Shown here piece after piece: positions 40,844 to 54,116 of a DNA stretch of 64,000 nt; position 1 is the stretch's first letter, and the number at the start of each line of letters is the position of its first letter. This stretch comes from Paraspadella gotoi. Lineage: Eukaryota > Animalia > Chaetognatha. Location of the stretch: NCBI GenBank assembly GCA_051294375.1, contig CM119263.1:9912432-9976431 (forward strand), read 5' to 3'. The notes under the pieces were generated by a model. That model searched no databases, was not told where the DNA came from, and worked only from the letters and a program-made list of their open reading frames with translations. A program made the translations under genes and the position numbers.

Positions 40844-42417
40844 GGATTAACAATCTCGGAAAACAGAAGACGCGACGCTATTGGTCAATTGTTTCCTTTG
40901 ATTCGTGCGGCGCAAATAGAAATTTTCCTAAAAACCTATATTAATAACCTATATTTAAATTTTTGACCCGCCTAACTGAAATAGTTAACTCAAAGAGCTC
41001 CTGCTCAAACGAAAATTTTTAAAAAAAAATTGTATAGACAAACAAAAATTTAACATGACTCTAAACCCGATATACTAATTTAGGCGATCCCGGAGTTGAA
41101 TACGCTCTGGAGGCTTAGGGGAAAACGAAAAAAAAAAAATCGTTTTTTTACAGAAAAAAAAAATCGTTTTTTTACAGAAAAAAAAAATTTAAAACCGTAA
41201 CAACAATGATATTAAAAACGTTTTTAAGCTTCAAGAATCAAGACCTAAGGATTTCTTTTTAATTCTTTAAAAAATGTTTTTTAAATATTAGTAATTATAA
41301 TATTTTTTATTGCCTTTAATAAATATTTAAAAAATAAGTTTTTATTTTTGATAACTACGATCATTTAATAATTCGGATATGTTTTGGTTATTGTTTTTTG
41401 AACCTTCATCAGCCAGTTTTAAAAGTTTTAATAAATATTTGGATACTAACTTTGAAAGAGAAAGAGAGGCAATTTTAACTTAAATATCTTTTTCTCTCTC
41501 CGAATTATTAAATGATCATTGTAATCATAAATAAAAACTTTGTTACTTTATAAATATTATTATTATATTTTTTTACAAATTTATTAATATTTAAATATTA
41601 TTTTTTAAAAAGTTAAATTATTGTATGCTTAAGCCGAAACTTAATTTTAAATTTAACTCTAATTTACCCCTTACTTACCCCTAACCCAAATTTACCCTGA
41701 ACCCAACTTACCCTTAATCCAAACTTACTTCTACCCTTAACTTACCCCTAACTTACCCTTACCCCTAACCCTAACTTACCCTTAAACCTAACCCTAACTT
41801 AACCTTAACTTAGTTTTATAATTAACTTACTTATTCTTAATTTATTCTTAACGATAATTTATTGTAACCTTAATTTTTACCCAAATATATATTGTTTGTA
41901 CCAATTTCATATAACAAAAATAAAAAATATTAAAAAAAAAATTATGATATTTGAATTCCTTTTTTTTTACCCCAAAACGTTATCCTCTTCCATTCCATTT
42001 CGTTCCTCTTTTTTTTTCCGTTAATTTTTTAAGAAAAACCTTGCTCTTCGTTTTCCCTTAGGTCTCCAGAGCAGAGATGCAGACACGATCCGGGAGGCGG
42101 ACTAAAAACGCGCGGAAGCGCATGTTTTTTTAGGTGACGAACTCGGATTAGAGATAAAAATTAGGAGCAAATAACGTTGCGCATTTGCCTCTTGTACTTT
42201 TGTTTTTATAAGCGAAAATCAAAAGGTTTTTGCCAAATTATAACCTTTTTAATGTTCCAAAAATTGTTTTTTTTTTTCAAATTTAGATATTGCTAATTTC
42301 TGAAGCGTTTATCAGCTGCCATTTGTTTTTTATTAATATATTTCATATTCAAAAACAAAATATTTCTGGTTCTGTTTATATTTATTTTATATATTTTTAT
42401 ATCTTTTTTTTAATACA

Positions 42418-43444
42418 TTTTAGTCGGATCTGCTTATCAGCAGATTCCGACTCTATAATTCACTTTGTCGGTCCGTCGGTCCCACCCAAAAATATTGTCG
42501 GTAAATCATTATTATCATGATATTATTATTATTATTATTATTATGATAAATTATGCAAAATGTCCGTCCATCCATCTGTCCATCCCCCCTTAGCAAAAAA
42601 CTCCAATTATTCGTGATTGGATAGATGGATTGGTATGAAATTTTGTGTGTGGGTAAGAAACTGTGTGATTGAGATGGATATGAAGTTTCGATGGAATCGT
42701 GCAAGTAGAAATTGGTTTAAATGGAAAAAACAAAAAAATCTATTTTATTATTTGAACGCCAATTGCTCAATGCTCATGAGTGGATAGGGCAATTGACTTA
42801 AAATTTTGTATGATGGTAGGAAAGTGTGTGATTGAGCTGGATATAAAGTTTCGGTGGAATCGTGCTAGTGGAAATGAGTTAAAATGGAAAAAACAAAAGT
42901 CATTTTTACTTGAAGTATTTTTACTTAAATTTATTCATAATTATTATTTTTATTAAAAATTAGTAAGATAAATTGAAATTGAATTTTGTGTATGGGTAGG
43001 AAAGTATAAGATAAAGCTGGATATAAATTTTTTGATGGAATCGTAGGAGTGGAAAAGAGTTCAAATTAAAAAACCAAAAGATATATTTATTTGAATTTTT
43101 TAAAGTTTATCTTTCTCTATCTCTCTCTGATTGATTGATTGATTGACCAAATTATGCCAATTGATAAAAATATGCCAGTTGACCAAATTCTGCATATTGA
43201 CCAAATTATGCCTGTTGTCCAAATTATGCTAGTTAACCAAATTATTCCGGTTAACCAAATTATTTTAATTGACCAAATTATGTCAGTTGAACAAATTATA
43301 TCAGTTAAACAAATTAAATCAGTTGACCAAATTATGTCAGTTAACCAAATTATATCAGTTAACCAAATTATGCAAGTTGACCAAATTAGCTCATTACCAC
43401 TTAATTATCATAAGCAGATCCAATATTGTTTGCTCAAATTTGTT
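42418..43444 (-). mobile_element. Shorter DINE/Helentron-like copy (others at ~11420-12170, ~18162-19345, ~55570-57472)
   Basis: Same terminal hairpin and gcagatcc...tgtttgctcaaa end, in reverse orientation. Confidence 0.7.
43140..43390. repeat. 18-bp minisatellite (tgaccaaattatgccagt)
   Basis: Tandem units; explains the spurious periodic ORFs 43139-43453 and 43269-43472. Confidence 0.9.
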
Positions 43445-44108
43445 TTATTTTAAACAAAAGATAATTAATTAGTTAATTTATTCTTATATATATTTAATTA
43501 AATAATTTATTCATAATTTTATTCTATTCTATTTATTTATTAATTTTATTCATTTTATTAATCAAATAATTTTTTTATCTTTTATCATTTTTTAAACTTG
43601 CACCTTTTTTGATTTTCATTATTATTTTAACTGGCATCATTTTTTCAACTAGTATTATTTTTTTAACATGCATTATTTTTTTATTTACATTATTTTACAA
43701 CTTGAATCATTTTTTTAACTTCCATTATTTTTTTAACCTATATAATTTTTTAAATTGCATTATTTTTTTTAATCTGAATTTAAAAAAAAAATATCAAATG
43801 CAAAATTATAAATACGAGGTGTTAAAGAGGCGAACACGGAGGCGATCCGGGCTAAAAAAATGAGAGGCGAACGCAAAACCGGGGGAGAGGGGGTCTGGGA
43901 AGGCGGGGAATGGAAGCGGGCGAAATTCAGCGCCTCCAGCATCCCTGCTCCAGAGGGCATTGATCTCCAGGAATGCCCTAATTTATTAGATAGGAAAGGC
44001 TAAGAATTGATTCAGGAAGCTTGCAAAAAGTTATCTACAATTACAAGTACAAAAAGTATAATTCTTTGGTCACATTTACTGAAGTTTTTTTAACTTATAT
44101 TAACTCAA

Positions 44109-44260
44109 TGTAAAGTCCTGACGACCACTTATTATTCAATACGGCCCGTTCGGTCAGCGGGGCCCGTCGTCTGCTGTCCGTCGGCTGCGGAAAGAAGCTG
44201 CATGTAAACAAAAGACTTTAATATATGTACAAAGAGTGTACAAATTGGCTCTCTCTTACA
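44109..44260. mobile_element. Possible short solo LTR
   Basis: TGTAA...TTACA termini, imperfect flank duplication TCAA/TCCA, GC-rich hairpin inside; single copy. Confidence 0.35.
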
Positions 44261-45524
44261 TCCATCCCAAAACGTGAATGAAAAATGTTTAAAGTACGGA
44301 CTACCATCTACAACTCAGATGCTCTTTTATATATGTATTATGTAGGAGATATCGACGTTCGTCTCTTTCTCTCTTTTGCGGTCATTCCGGATTCTACGTT
44401 GAAACGGGACTCCTCCAAAATAACAGTTTATTCGTGGACGCACTATAAGAGCTTAGTAGGGTGGATGACGGAAAATATCACAGGGCCTCGCTATCGAGCC
44501 AGAACGACTTTCTTGTACAAGTCTGTATACATTTCGTGGATTTTATTATTTACTTGTTTATATATTTAATATTTATGCAAAATTATAATTCTCAGTGATC
44601 ATGGTCCCAAAAAGATTTAACTTTTTCTTTTTATGTTTTCCATTGGAATTTAAAAGAGTTATAGAGAACATTTTTCCTTTTTGCTATTAATTTTTTTAAA
44701 TAACTACTTTAATAATACAGTATTTTTTTAAAAAAAATTATTAACTTTTTCTTTATATTGATATCATATCATTTAGAAGAATTTCTTTTTTCAATTACTG
44801 AAAGACAATAATAATAGCAATAATAATTCTGGACAGTATTATTAAAACAAATGGAAAGAGGATTAAGGACATGCTCAATTTCTCATGGCATAACATGGCC
44901 GAGCAAGTAAGCATATGTTCTTAAAATGCTGAAGAAACATAAAAAAGCGAGAGAGAGAGAAAGATTGAGAGAAAGAGTCAGAGCGATAGAGCAAAACCAA
45001 AAGTGAAAGAGATGCGATTATGTAGTCTGTGTGTAGATCCAATAAAAATTGACAGTATAATAGAAATAACTTTGTTTTTAATGAGAGTTCTGAGTAAGAT
45101 TATGGTATGTGTTTTTCAAATACATAAGTGGGATAGACCAACAGACGGACTGACCCAACATTTTGATTGATTTGCTACTTTTGTAAAAAAAATTAAAATT
45201 TATTTAAAAAAATTAAATTTCTCTTATTTTTCTATTTAAAAATGTTTTCACTAACTTGAATCCCTTGAGACTAGATTTCTAACTTAATGAAGTCTCCTTT
45301 TAACCACAGACAAAATTTCAACTCAATTGATTCATCCAAACAAGTAATTGGACTTGAAAGCTAAAGATGGAAGGACGAACGGACAGTCTGATGTACAGAC
45401 AAATTTAATTCTCTTATATTAAACAACAGCTTAATTTGAGGAAGGTCTGATGGCGTTATTTTTTAAGAAATTTATATTATTATTATATTAATCTTATTTT
45501 TAGTTCAAATTCTATGGGAATTTA

Positions 45525-46210
45525 TGTGGATAAGGCGCTAAGTGGGCTGAAGAAGACTATCCATAACTTCTATAACCCCCTCTAGCAGACATGGAAGGGT
45601 CCAGGGCTTGGAACCAGGCTTGAGGGTTTGCCACGCCCCCAAGGCGGCTTAGGGACATCCTCAAACTTCCCGCAGGGTAGGTACCGGGTTGGGATTGAAC
45701 CGGGACCTAGTGGTCATGAGCTGATGGCTTTACTCAATGAGCCACCGGGTCACAACTGAAAGAGTCATGCTTATAGGCGGGTGAACCTAGGAAATGCCGA
45801 CTACATGCCCCCCCAGATTGTAACCCACCCTGCACTGCTTCCAGTGGAGGGAGGGGAGCAATCTTCAGCACGTCCATGGGCCTGGAATCAGAAGGTTGGA
45901 ATACGCTCGACAGGATGGGCTCACCAGTGTGGATAAGGCGCTAAGTGGGCTGAAGATGACTATCCATAACTTCTATAACCCCCTTTAGTAGCCATGGAAC
46001 GGGTCCTGGGCTTGGAACCAGGCTTGAGGGTTTGCCACGCCCCAAGGCGGCTTACGGCCGTCCTCACTCTTCCCGCACGGTAGGTACGCGGTTGGGATTG
46101 AACCCGGTACCTTGTGGTCATGAGCTGATGGCTTTACTCAATGAGCCACCGGGTCACAACTGAAAGAGTCATGCTTATAGGGGTGTGAACCTAGGCAATG
46201 CCCGACTACA
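45525..46210 (-). mobile_element. Complete TRIM, family B
   Basis: LTRs 45525-45805 and 45928-46210 (TG...CA), 122-bp internal part, PBS TGGTGAGCCCATC, G-run PPT, TTTA TSD; tRNA-like head (TGGCTCATTGAG ... GGTTCAATCCC). Confidence 0.92.
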
Positions 46211-49117
46211 TTTATGTATTTAACAGTATCTTGAGAGCTTTAAGAGATTTTGCATCAATTTTGCTAAATAAGATTTAGGAAGTAATGGCCAAGGAAAAGA
46301 AACTAAAAAAAAAAAATCAATATTAACTTTTTTTTCGACTGCATATTTTTTTCTATGAGACTACATTGCGTCCTATCTGCTGTGTCCATAGCTTAGATCG
46401 TGGAGCTCTTAAAATAGAAATATATAGCTTACTCTTTATGATGCAAGAGATAGACCAGCCATTTGTCTTTCATAAAATATAGCCTTGAATACGATTCTGC
46501 ATTTATTAAAAAAAGAAGAAAAGTATCGATTTCAATGAAGTGTTTTATACTTAAAACCAAGTTGGTTTTCTACAAGAATAAACAACAAAACATAATTATA
46601 GAATTATCTGCAAGTTCATCCGGGTCACTAATGCATTGGTCACTTAAACATGTGCATTGAGGCGATTGAAAAAAAACAAATGCAATTAATAAACCTAATA
46701 TAAACGATTGAGTCATATAGATTATGCACTAAAAACAATTATAATTGTAGTGTAATTTCGCCTTTAAATATAAAAGATAATAGAAATACATTTACTTTGA
46801 TTTAAAAACAAATATCTTTCCTGCAAACGCCCTAATGTCCATGCTCATTGAAACTATTAACATCTACAAGATAATAACATCAACAACCAATCATTGATGA
46901 GATCAATGATGTTAAAACAAGCAGAAATACACAAGATATCATAAAACTGGAGAAAGATTATATTATTTAAAACGGAAAGTATTTACAATAGGAAGAAAAG
47001 ATTATTACTACTAAGGTGCAAAGTCGCTTTTCAAACTGTACAATTAACGAGTTTATATAAAACATGATGCCGCCAATCATTCATTATTTTCAGAACTTAA
47101 AAATATAAAATTATAATTAAGAATTAGAAAATAAAAAAATTAGAGGAAAAAAGAAATAGCCCAAGGGTGCCCACTCTTTTTATCAATTACATTTTTCTGT
47201 CGTATTAGTACTAAAAACATATTAAATATGATCACGTTAATCAAGGTTTCAGTTGTTAACCGTTTCGATGATCCAAATTAAAAGGACTGCAAAAGAGATT
47301 GTTAAAAAATCCGTAAACAAAATTGGAGTTTCAATTTGTTCGTGTAAGTTTTTGATTTCAAATAAAATAAATCTCAAAAATTTCTGCACGAGAGTTGTTA
47401 ACAAGTAATCTGTACGCCATCATTTTCTCTTCTATTTCCATGTATTTACCTGAAATAAGTTCGTCAAAAGAGAATAAAACAAATGGGCTAGAAATGAGGT
47501 CATATTTTTATTTTAAGGTGATGTGAACTGGTCGACTGGCCTTTAACAAAAAAGTTTACTCATATAATAATATAAATAAACAAATTTTTTTCGGCCTAGG
47601 GTGACCGTTTTCTTTCCCAGTTGCTATAGTGTACAACACTTGTAGAACCGGCGAATAAAAAAATTGTTAAAAAAAATATTTAACCCAAGGAAAATTCTAA
47701 GGAAAAGTATTAAAAGAGTTGATAAGAAGGTAAGAATAGATACTTAATGATATTAGACAAGCTATTAAAGCAAAAATAATATACTTTTCTTCATTCATAA
47801 CTTGGGGTTTAAGACAAATTAGGACAAATTAAGACAAATTTCATCCTAATTTAGTATACTACTCTTACTTACCACCTCACCATAGCCCTATGTGAATTTT
47901 TTTTTTTTGGGGGGGTGATTACATAAAAACTTTAGAAACTTTAAGAAAGTAAAATAAAACGATTTTCCATGAATGTTTTTTTACTAACAAATGTTCAGAA
48001 AATTTGATAAAAAATAATAATGCACTCGTTTCTCGCACAAATAAATTCTTTTTAATTGAGTCAAGAGTACTCGCGGAGCAACTTTATAAGTCACTTTATG
48101 GTCGGTCGTCCGGTCGATCTGTCTTGTTTATTTTTTAAATTTTAAATTTTTAACTAGGATGATACTACATTAGGTTCATATTTAGTAGGAAGGTAAGGTA
48201 CCATAAGACCTTTATGTATTTGTACCATACACTTAGAAAAATGATGTTATGACCAAAGATTCAATATCATTCCAGTTAATAATGTTTAGCTGACTGGTAA
48301 AGCAAATGTGATAGGTGATCCAAAAATAAATACAGCATCGTTCATGTAATTCTTGGTAATTTTAGTTAGTACTTTAACAATAAGTAATTAACTATGAGAT
48401 ACTTGTTGTACATAAGTTTCGTACTCATATACTTAATCATCGGGAATTGCGTCCATGAAAAACTAATTTTGTCGAAACACCATGAACTTACCGATTATTG
48501 TTTATTTAATGTAATTGTATCAAATTATATATCATTATTTATACCAGGCTTCATATACACAGTAATATATATTATATATATGGTCTTTCGTAAATTTAAT
48601 AAACATATATGGAAATAAAAAAATTGTTCTCTTCATCTATTAATTTATCATGAAAACAAAGAAAAATTGCCTTTTAAACTTACAAAGTCTGTAAAAGCCC
48701 GTTATAAATAAATTGAATCAATAAATGATCGTAAAAACCCTCCGGTCAAATATCATATTTCGTAAAATAATTGAAAATAATTGGAAAACAATTGATTCTA
48801 TAAAAATACTTATATCTCTTTTCTAACTATAAACTTGAAAAATCTCTTGTGAGGTGAAACTGAAAGGGAAAGTTAGTCAAATAGGAAGAACAAAGTGTCT
48901 GAACTGTAAAGAACAACCCGAGTTTTAATAAATGTTATAGTAATTTTTAGCTATTTAAACCTTTGAAAAAAAAATAGGGGAATCTGTATTTATAAATGTA
49001 TAAGGCAAGCGTTGTTTCTATTCAAAATCAGAAATCAGTCTCTAAAGTCCAGCTACGTATTGGTGACTGGATAAGGAACTAAAACACAATGTCCAGTTTT
49101 AATTAGGCGACTTGGCA

Positions 49118-49235
49118 TCAATCGTTTAAATTGGATAACTGCGATGATTGGCTTATTTTTCGCTCACGCGCTTTTCGTTCTTCGTAAGTTTTTTCATCCC
49201 TTGGTTTGCCCGTCCCGAAAATGGAACTTTGTGCA
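49118..49235 (-). CDS. EIF4H: eIF4H exon 6 (last coding exon)
   Basis: SAQSSIFGTGKPRDEK...LND*, matching the eIF4H C-terminal SxIFGxxxPRxE motif; phase-2 acceptor. Confidence 0.88.
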
Positions 49236-49368
49236 CTAAAAAAAAAGTAAATTAAATTGAGATGTACATATAAAACTGTATAACTATTATCATTTATCAA
49301 ACGAGTTCACGTCAAAGACCACATATTGTAAATCGCTTTAGAGCTTTACTATACGGAAAAATATATAC

Positions 49369-49604
49369 TGTGGAGGTATATTCACACCGCCTCACATCCA
49401 CCATCGTTAAGCCAATCCCATTGGCTCAGAGGGGGAACACACCATCCCAAGCGTTGTGTTCCATCCACAGTCCTAACGTCTTCCCTGTGTTGGCAAAGCG
49501 AGACCGTCCTCGGGTAACCGCGCCAGGGGTGCCACTGAGGGTCGGAAGCCCCTAAAACCAACAGTGAGATGCCCCATCCCAATGGGCAGCCCGGCTGTGC
49601 CAAA
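49369..49604 (+). mobile_element. Solo LTR, TRIM family C
   Basis: Colinear with 56777-57032; imperfect TSD ATAC/GTAC. Confidence 0.85.
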
Positions 49605-50803
49605 GTACCCAATAAATTGTACAATTTTTTTCAGGTATTCCCAAAATTTATCTTGGCTAAATTTTACTTTCGCCGACCGCGGTTATGGCAGTTTTTGAAA
49701 AACCATTTAAAAATACTTATTTAAAAAAAAATTTAAAAAAATATTACCAAATTACCCTAAACTCTTTTAACCCTAACCACTAAGGCGTAGTGAAAGTTAC
49801 ATACGAAAATTCTAAAAGTCAATTATGAACAACATACTATCAGTGAACATTAATTTGTAAAAAAGATTAATTTTATGCTTTTTAATTTTCGCAGTAGGCT
49901 ATATTTATATATAGTACTATCCTTATAAAATCGAAAAATTTCAAAATAAGCTCATCTTAATTTTGATTGCAGATTTGAATTCCTCGTCAAAAGTTGATAA
50001 AAGAAAATATAAATCATTTTTAAAAATTCTTTCATTAAGTGGGTTAAAAATTAAAAAAACTATATTTAATATATAAAAAGTTAATTTTCAGCTTAAAATA
50101 TAGCTTTTTCTAATTTTTGACCCACTTAATGAAGGAATTTTTCAAAAAGAGTTATATTTCTTTTTATCAACTTTTTATGACGAATCCAAATCTGCAAAAA
50201 AATCTTAGAAAAAAACTGTTTTGAAATTTTAACATTTATTGATTTAGTACTAGTATAAATATGGCCTACTGTGTAAATTGTAAAATTTATTATAAATTTT
50301 TTTATTACATAAATGTTTATTAATATAATGTTGTTTGTTCCTCACTTTTAGAATTTTAATTAAAGTTAAATTTAGAAATTTTACTACGCCTTACTAACCA
50401 CCCCATAATCACTCCTAACCCTAACCCCTCCCTAACCCCGGTCGGCGAAAGTAGATTTAACCCATTATCTACTGTTAGTATTTTTCATTTGCTCTTTTGT
50501 ATGCACCTCACGGTTCCTTTTTACATCGATTTAATCGGCATGGAGTGCACAAGAATGAGATGTACCTACTATATCTTTTCACTTGCATTTCTTTACACAA
50601 AATTTTTTTCATTTTTCAAGCCTAATTTCCCAGAATTCGAAAACAAAATAGCACTTCTGATTTATTTTAAATGATCAAGTGATTAATTATAAATTATAAT
50701 TTATATAATATTATTTAACCGCAATAACAGTTGAGGTCAATCCCATACATACGCCTGCATTGGTTACTACGTACATGACTATTCTCTCTAATTTTAAACC
50801 AAC

Positions 50804-51450
50804 CTGATGTCTCCGTTGTCGTCTTTAGGGGCCGATCGTGGGAGTAGCTTTAACTTGGGTCTGGCCGCGGCCTCTTCCGCCGTAGGTTCTCGTAAATCGT
50901 CGAAGTTTGCTCCCCTGCCGCTCTCCCTTCTCGGTCTACCCCCAGATCCCCGACTGAAACCCCCACCACTTCCTCCGGATTCCCTCCTAGCTCGGTTTTC
51001 CCCCGTAGGCCCGCGTCCGCCAAAATTTCCCCGAGTTCCGCCCCCACGATAGTTTTCCCTGCTTCCGTAGCCGCCTCCTCCGAAACCTCTGCTACCGCCG
51101 AAATCGTCTCTGATCGATGGCATGTCTCTCCCCTGCGAGCCACCACGATCTTCGAATCCCACAGGGGGGCCGCCAGGCGGAGATCGGTAGTCTCTGTCGC
51201 CAACCATAGGGGGACCACCAACGGCACCGCGTCCGCCGCCTATACCACGGCTACCGCCGCGGCCGGCCACCCCGGGACCTCGCTGATCCTTACGTCCTTC
51301 GGCAACGTCGACGCGGATGTTCTTGTCTTCGAAGAGTGCGCCGTCGAAAGAGAGGGCATCTTTCAAAGATTCTCGAGTATCGAACTCCACGTAACAAAAT
51401 CCCTTGAACTTGTCCGTATCACGATCTCGCACCAGCCGGACGTTTTTAAC
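50804..51450 (-). CDS. EIF4H: eIF4H exon 5: RRM second half, RGG-rich region, [10 protein letters not shown] motif
   Basis: [23 protein letters not shown] (RNP1) ... [10 protein letters not shown] ... [12 protein letters not shown]; ctgcAG acceptor, GTtggt donor. Confidence 0.95.
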
Positions 51451-52004
51451 CTGCAGAAAAACATTCGGATTTAACTTCCTTGAGGGGTATTGAAGACGTG
51501 AAGAAATAGAGGGAAAATAATGGTATATTTCGCGAAGAGTAGAAACGAGAGAATGTATCGCAAGACAAAATATACTGACGGGCGGGAGGAGGAGGAAAGA
51601 AGAGGAAGAGGAGAATTGGACGGCAGGCTAAATCCTCCTCTGACTTCAAATTTTAATTAAAATTGAATGAGAACAAGTTTGAGCAAACAATGCCTCATCT
51701 GTTCACGATAATTTAGCGGTAAATAGCTAATCAGATAATGAACTAATTATTCAAATAATTATTTAATAATTAATAACTATTATAATTTCTAATATTTAAT
51801 GAGTTAAGCATCAGCAGAAGATTAATTAATTAATCATCCGATCGATTACATTATTCAATTACAGTAATTAAGGGTTACCTTTACTTTCACCGACCGGGGT
51901 GAGGGAGGGGTGAGGGAGGGATTAGGGTGAAGAGTGGTTTAAGTGTAGTTTAGGGTTAGGGGTAGTTAAGGGTGGTTAAGGGTTATATCTTTTAAAATTT
52001 TTTG

Positions 52005-52181
52005 CTACGCCCCCAAGGCGGCTTAGGGACATCCTCAAACTTCCCGCAGGGTAGGTACCGGGTTGGGATTGAACCCGGTACCTAGTGGTCATGAGCTGAT
52101 GGCTTTACTCAATGAGCCACCGGGTCACGACTGAAGGTGTCATGCTTAGAGGCGGGGTGAACTTTGCTATGCCCGACTACC
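52005..52181 (-). mobile_element. TRIM family B LTR fragment
   Basis: Near-identical to 45630-45805; truncated inside ribozyme P3. Confidence 0.8.
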
Positions 52182-53510
52182 ATATCATTAATATAATGAT
52201 TTATTAATAACTGTGGAATTGAACTCGGTTCTTCCCATTCACGGTCGATCCCCGACATCTCGTAACCAATTCGGATTGATATAAATGATATTAATTTCAC
52301 TTATATTAGAGCCAAACTTCGTCAATGGGGTGGGTCAGAAGTTTGATTTGGGAACCTTTCCAAATGAAACTTCATACATTTCTGAGAAAACTTTCAATGG
52401 AGCAAAATTTTCTAAAATGGCAAGAAGCATTAGTAATTAATTTTTTAATATTTATTTATAGATAGGAAATGTCAAAAAATTTTTTTGGAATTTTTTATTT
52501 TTAAAAGCAGATTCAAATAGCTTATGAAAAGTTATCTACACAAAGTATAATTCTTTTTTAAATATTTTGATGATAAGTGGGTTAAAATTGAGAAAAACCT
52601 TAAAAAATCATCATTATCATCCAATAATTTTAGCAGTTTTTACTAATTTTTAGTAATAAAACATCAAAATTTTAAAAATTGTAATTATATTTTTTGATTA
52701 ACTTTTTAAGCTCTATCAGAATCAATTAAAAAAACCTAAAATATCCCAAAAAAATTTTTAACATTATATACGATATAATAATATTAATTAGCGAATTACT
52801 CATGGTTCGGAACATTTTTGCAAAAAAATATTTTAACACAATAATTAATACCAATAATGGATTAGTTTAATGCTGTTCCCATTAAAATTTGAATTTGGTC
52901 GGCTACCGCTACTTATATAAACCCTTATATAAATTCTCTCTATATACAAATTGACCTTTTGTTATTATCAAACAAAAGAGCATTTTTATTTGAATTAACC
53001 AGCTGATTCCATTAAACATAATTCCATTGTTATTTCATCAAGCTTAGAAAGCACTTTAAATTGTTTAGAGGAAAAATTAACAGACTCACATACTTGTTAT
53101 CAATTTTCCCTTTTTCTTGTTAATGTTTATTTTAATTGCAATCGTTTAATTAATTAATTAATTATTGTTATTGTATTGATATAGATATTTTGATTGCTTG
53201 CTGGTATAAGCATTTGATTATTTTATTAAGGTACCATTTTACAAGCGAACCAAGCAAGTTGGTTTAATAAACTTTTTATCCAAGCAAAAATAAACAATCT
53301 CAACGCCACGAGCGCCAACGCGAGCGACATCGCCACTTCCGGTTGACGCTCCTGTGGTAACATCTACATAACTACAATAACCACTATGCATAATTCTTCA
53401 ATTAATCAATTATCTAATTACTTTCGCTTTTATTTATATTTTACTCCTTGCCCATTCGCGAGTGACCCCAATTAATCTTTACTATACTTTTAATATTTAA
53501 TAAACATTAA

Positions 53511-54116
53511 GGCGTAATAAAATTTCTAAATTTTACTTTAATTAAAATTCTAAAAGTGAGGAACGAACAACATTATATTAATGAACATTTATGTAATAAA
53601 AAAATTCATAATAAATTTTACAATTTACGCAGTAGGCCATATTTATACTAGTACTAAACCAATAAATGTTAAAATTTCAAAACAGTTTTTTCTAAGATTT
53701 TTTTGCAGATTTGGATTCGTCATAAAAAGTTGATAAAAAGAAATATAACTCTTTTTGAAAAATTCCTTCATTAAGTGGGTCAAAAATTAGAAAAAGCTAT
53801 ATTTTAAGCTGAAAATTAATTTTTTATATATTAAATATAGTTTTTTCAATTTTTAACCCACTTAATGAAAGAATTTTTAAAAATGATTTATATTTTCTTT
53901 TATCAACTTTTGACGAGGAATTCAAATCTGCAATCAAAATTAAGAAAAGCTCATTTTGAAATTTTTTGATTTTATAAGGATAGTACTATATATAAATATA
54001 CCCTACTGCGAAAATTAAAAAACATAAAATTAATTTTTTTTATAAATTAATGTTCACTGATGGTATGTTGTTCATAATTGACTTTTAGAATTTTCGTATG
54101 TAACTTTCACTACGCC
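53511..54116. mobile_element. TTAA-flanked GG...CC MITE (Kolobok-like termini); other copies at 49784-50390 and ~15939-18077
   Basis: ttaa|ggcgtaataaaattt ... aactttcactacgcc|ttaa; three ~600-bp colinear copies, one interrupted. Confidence 0.75.
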
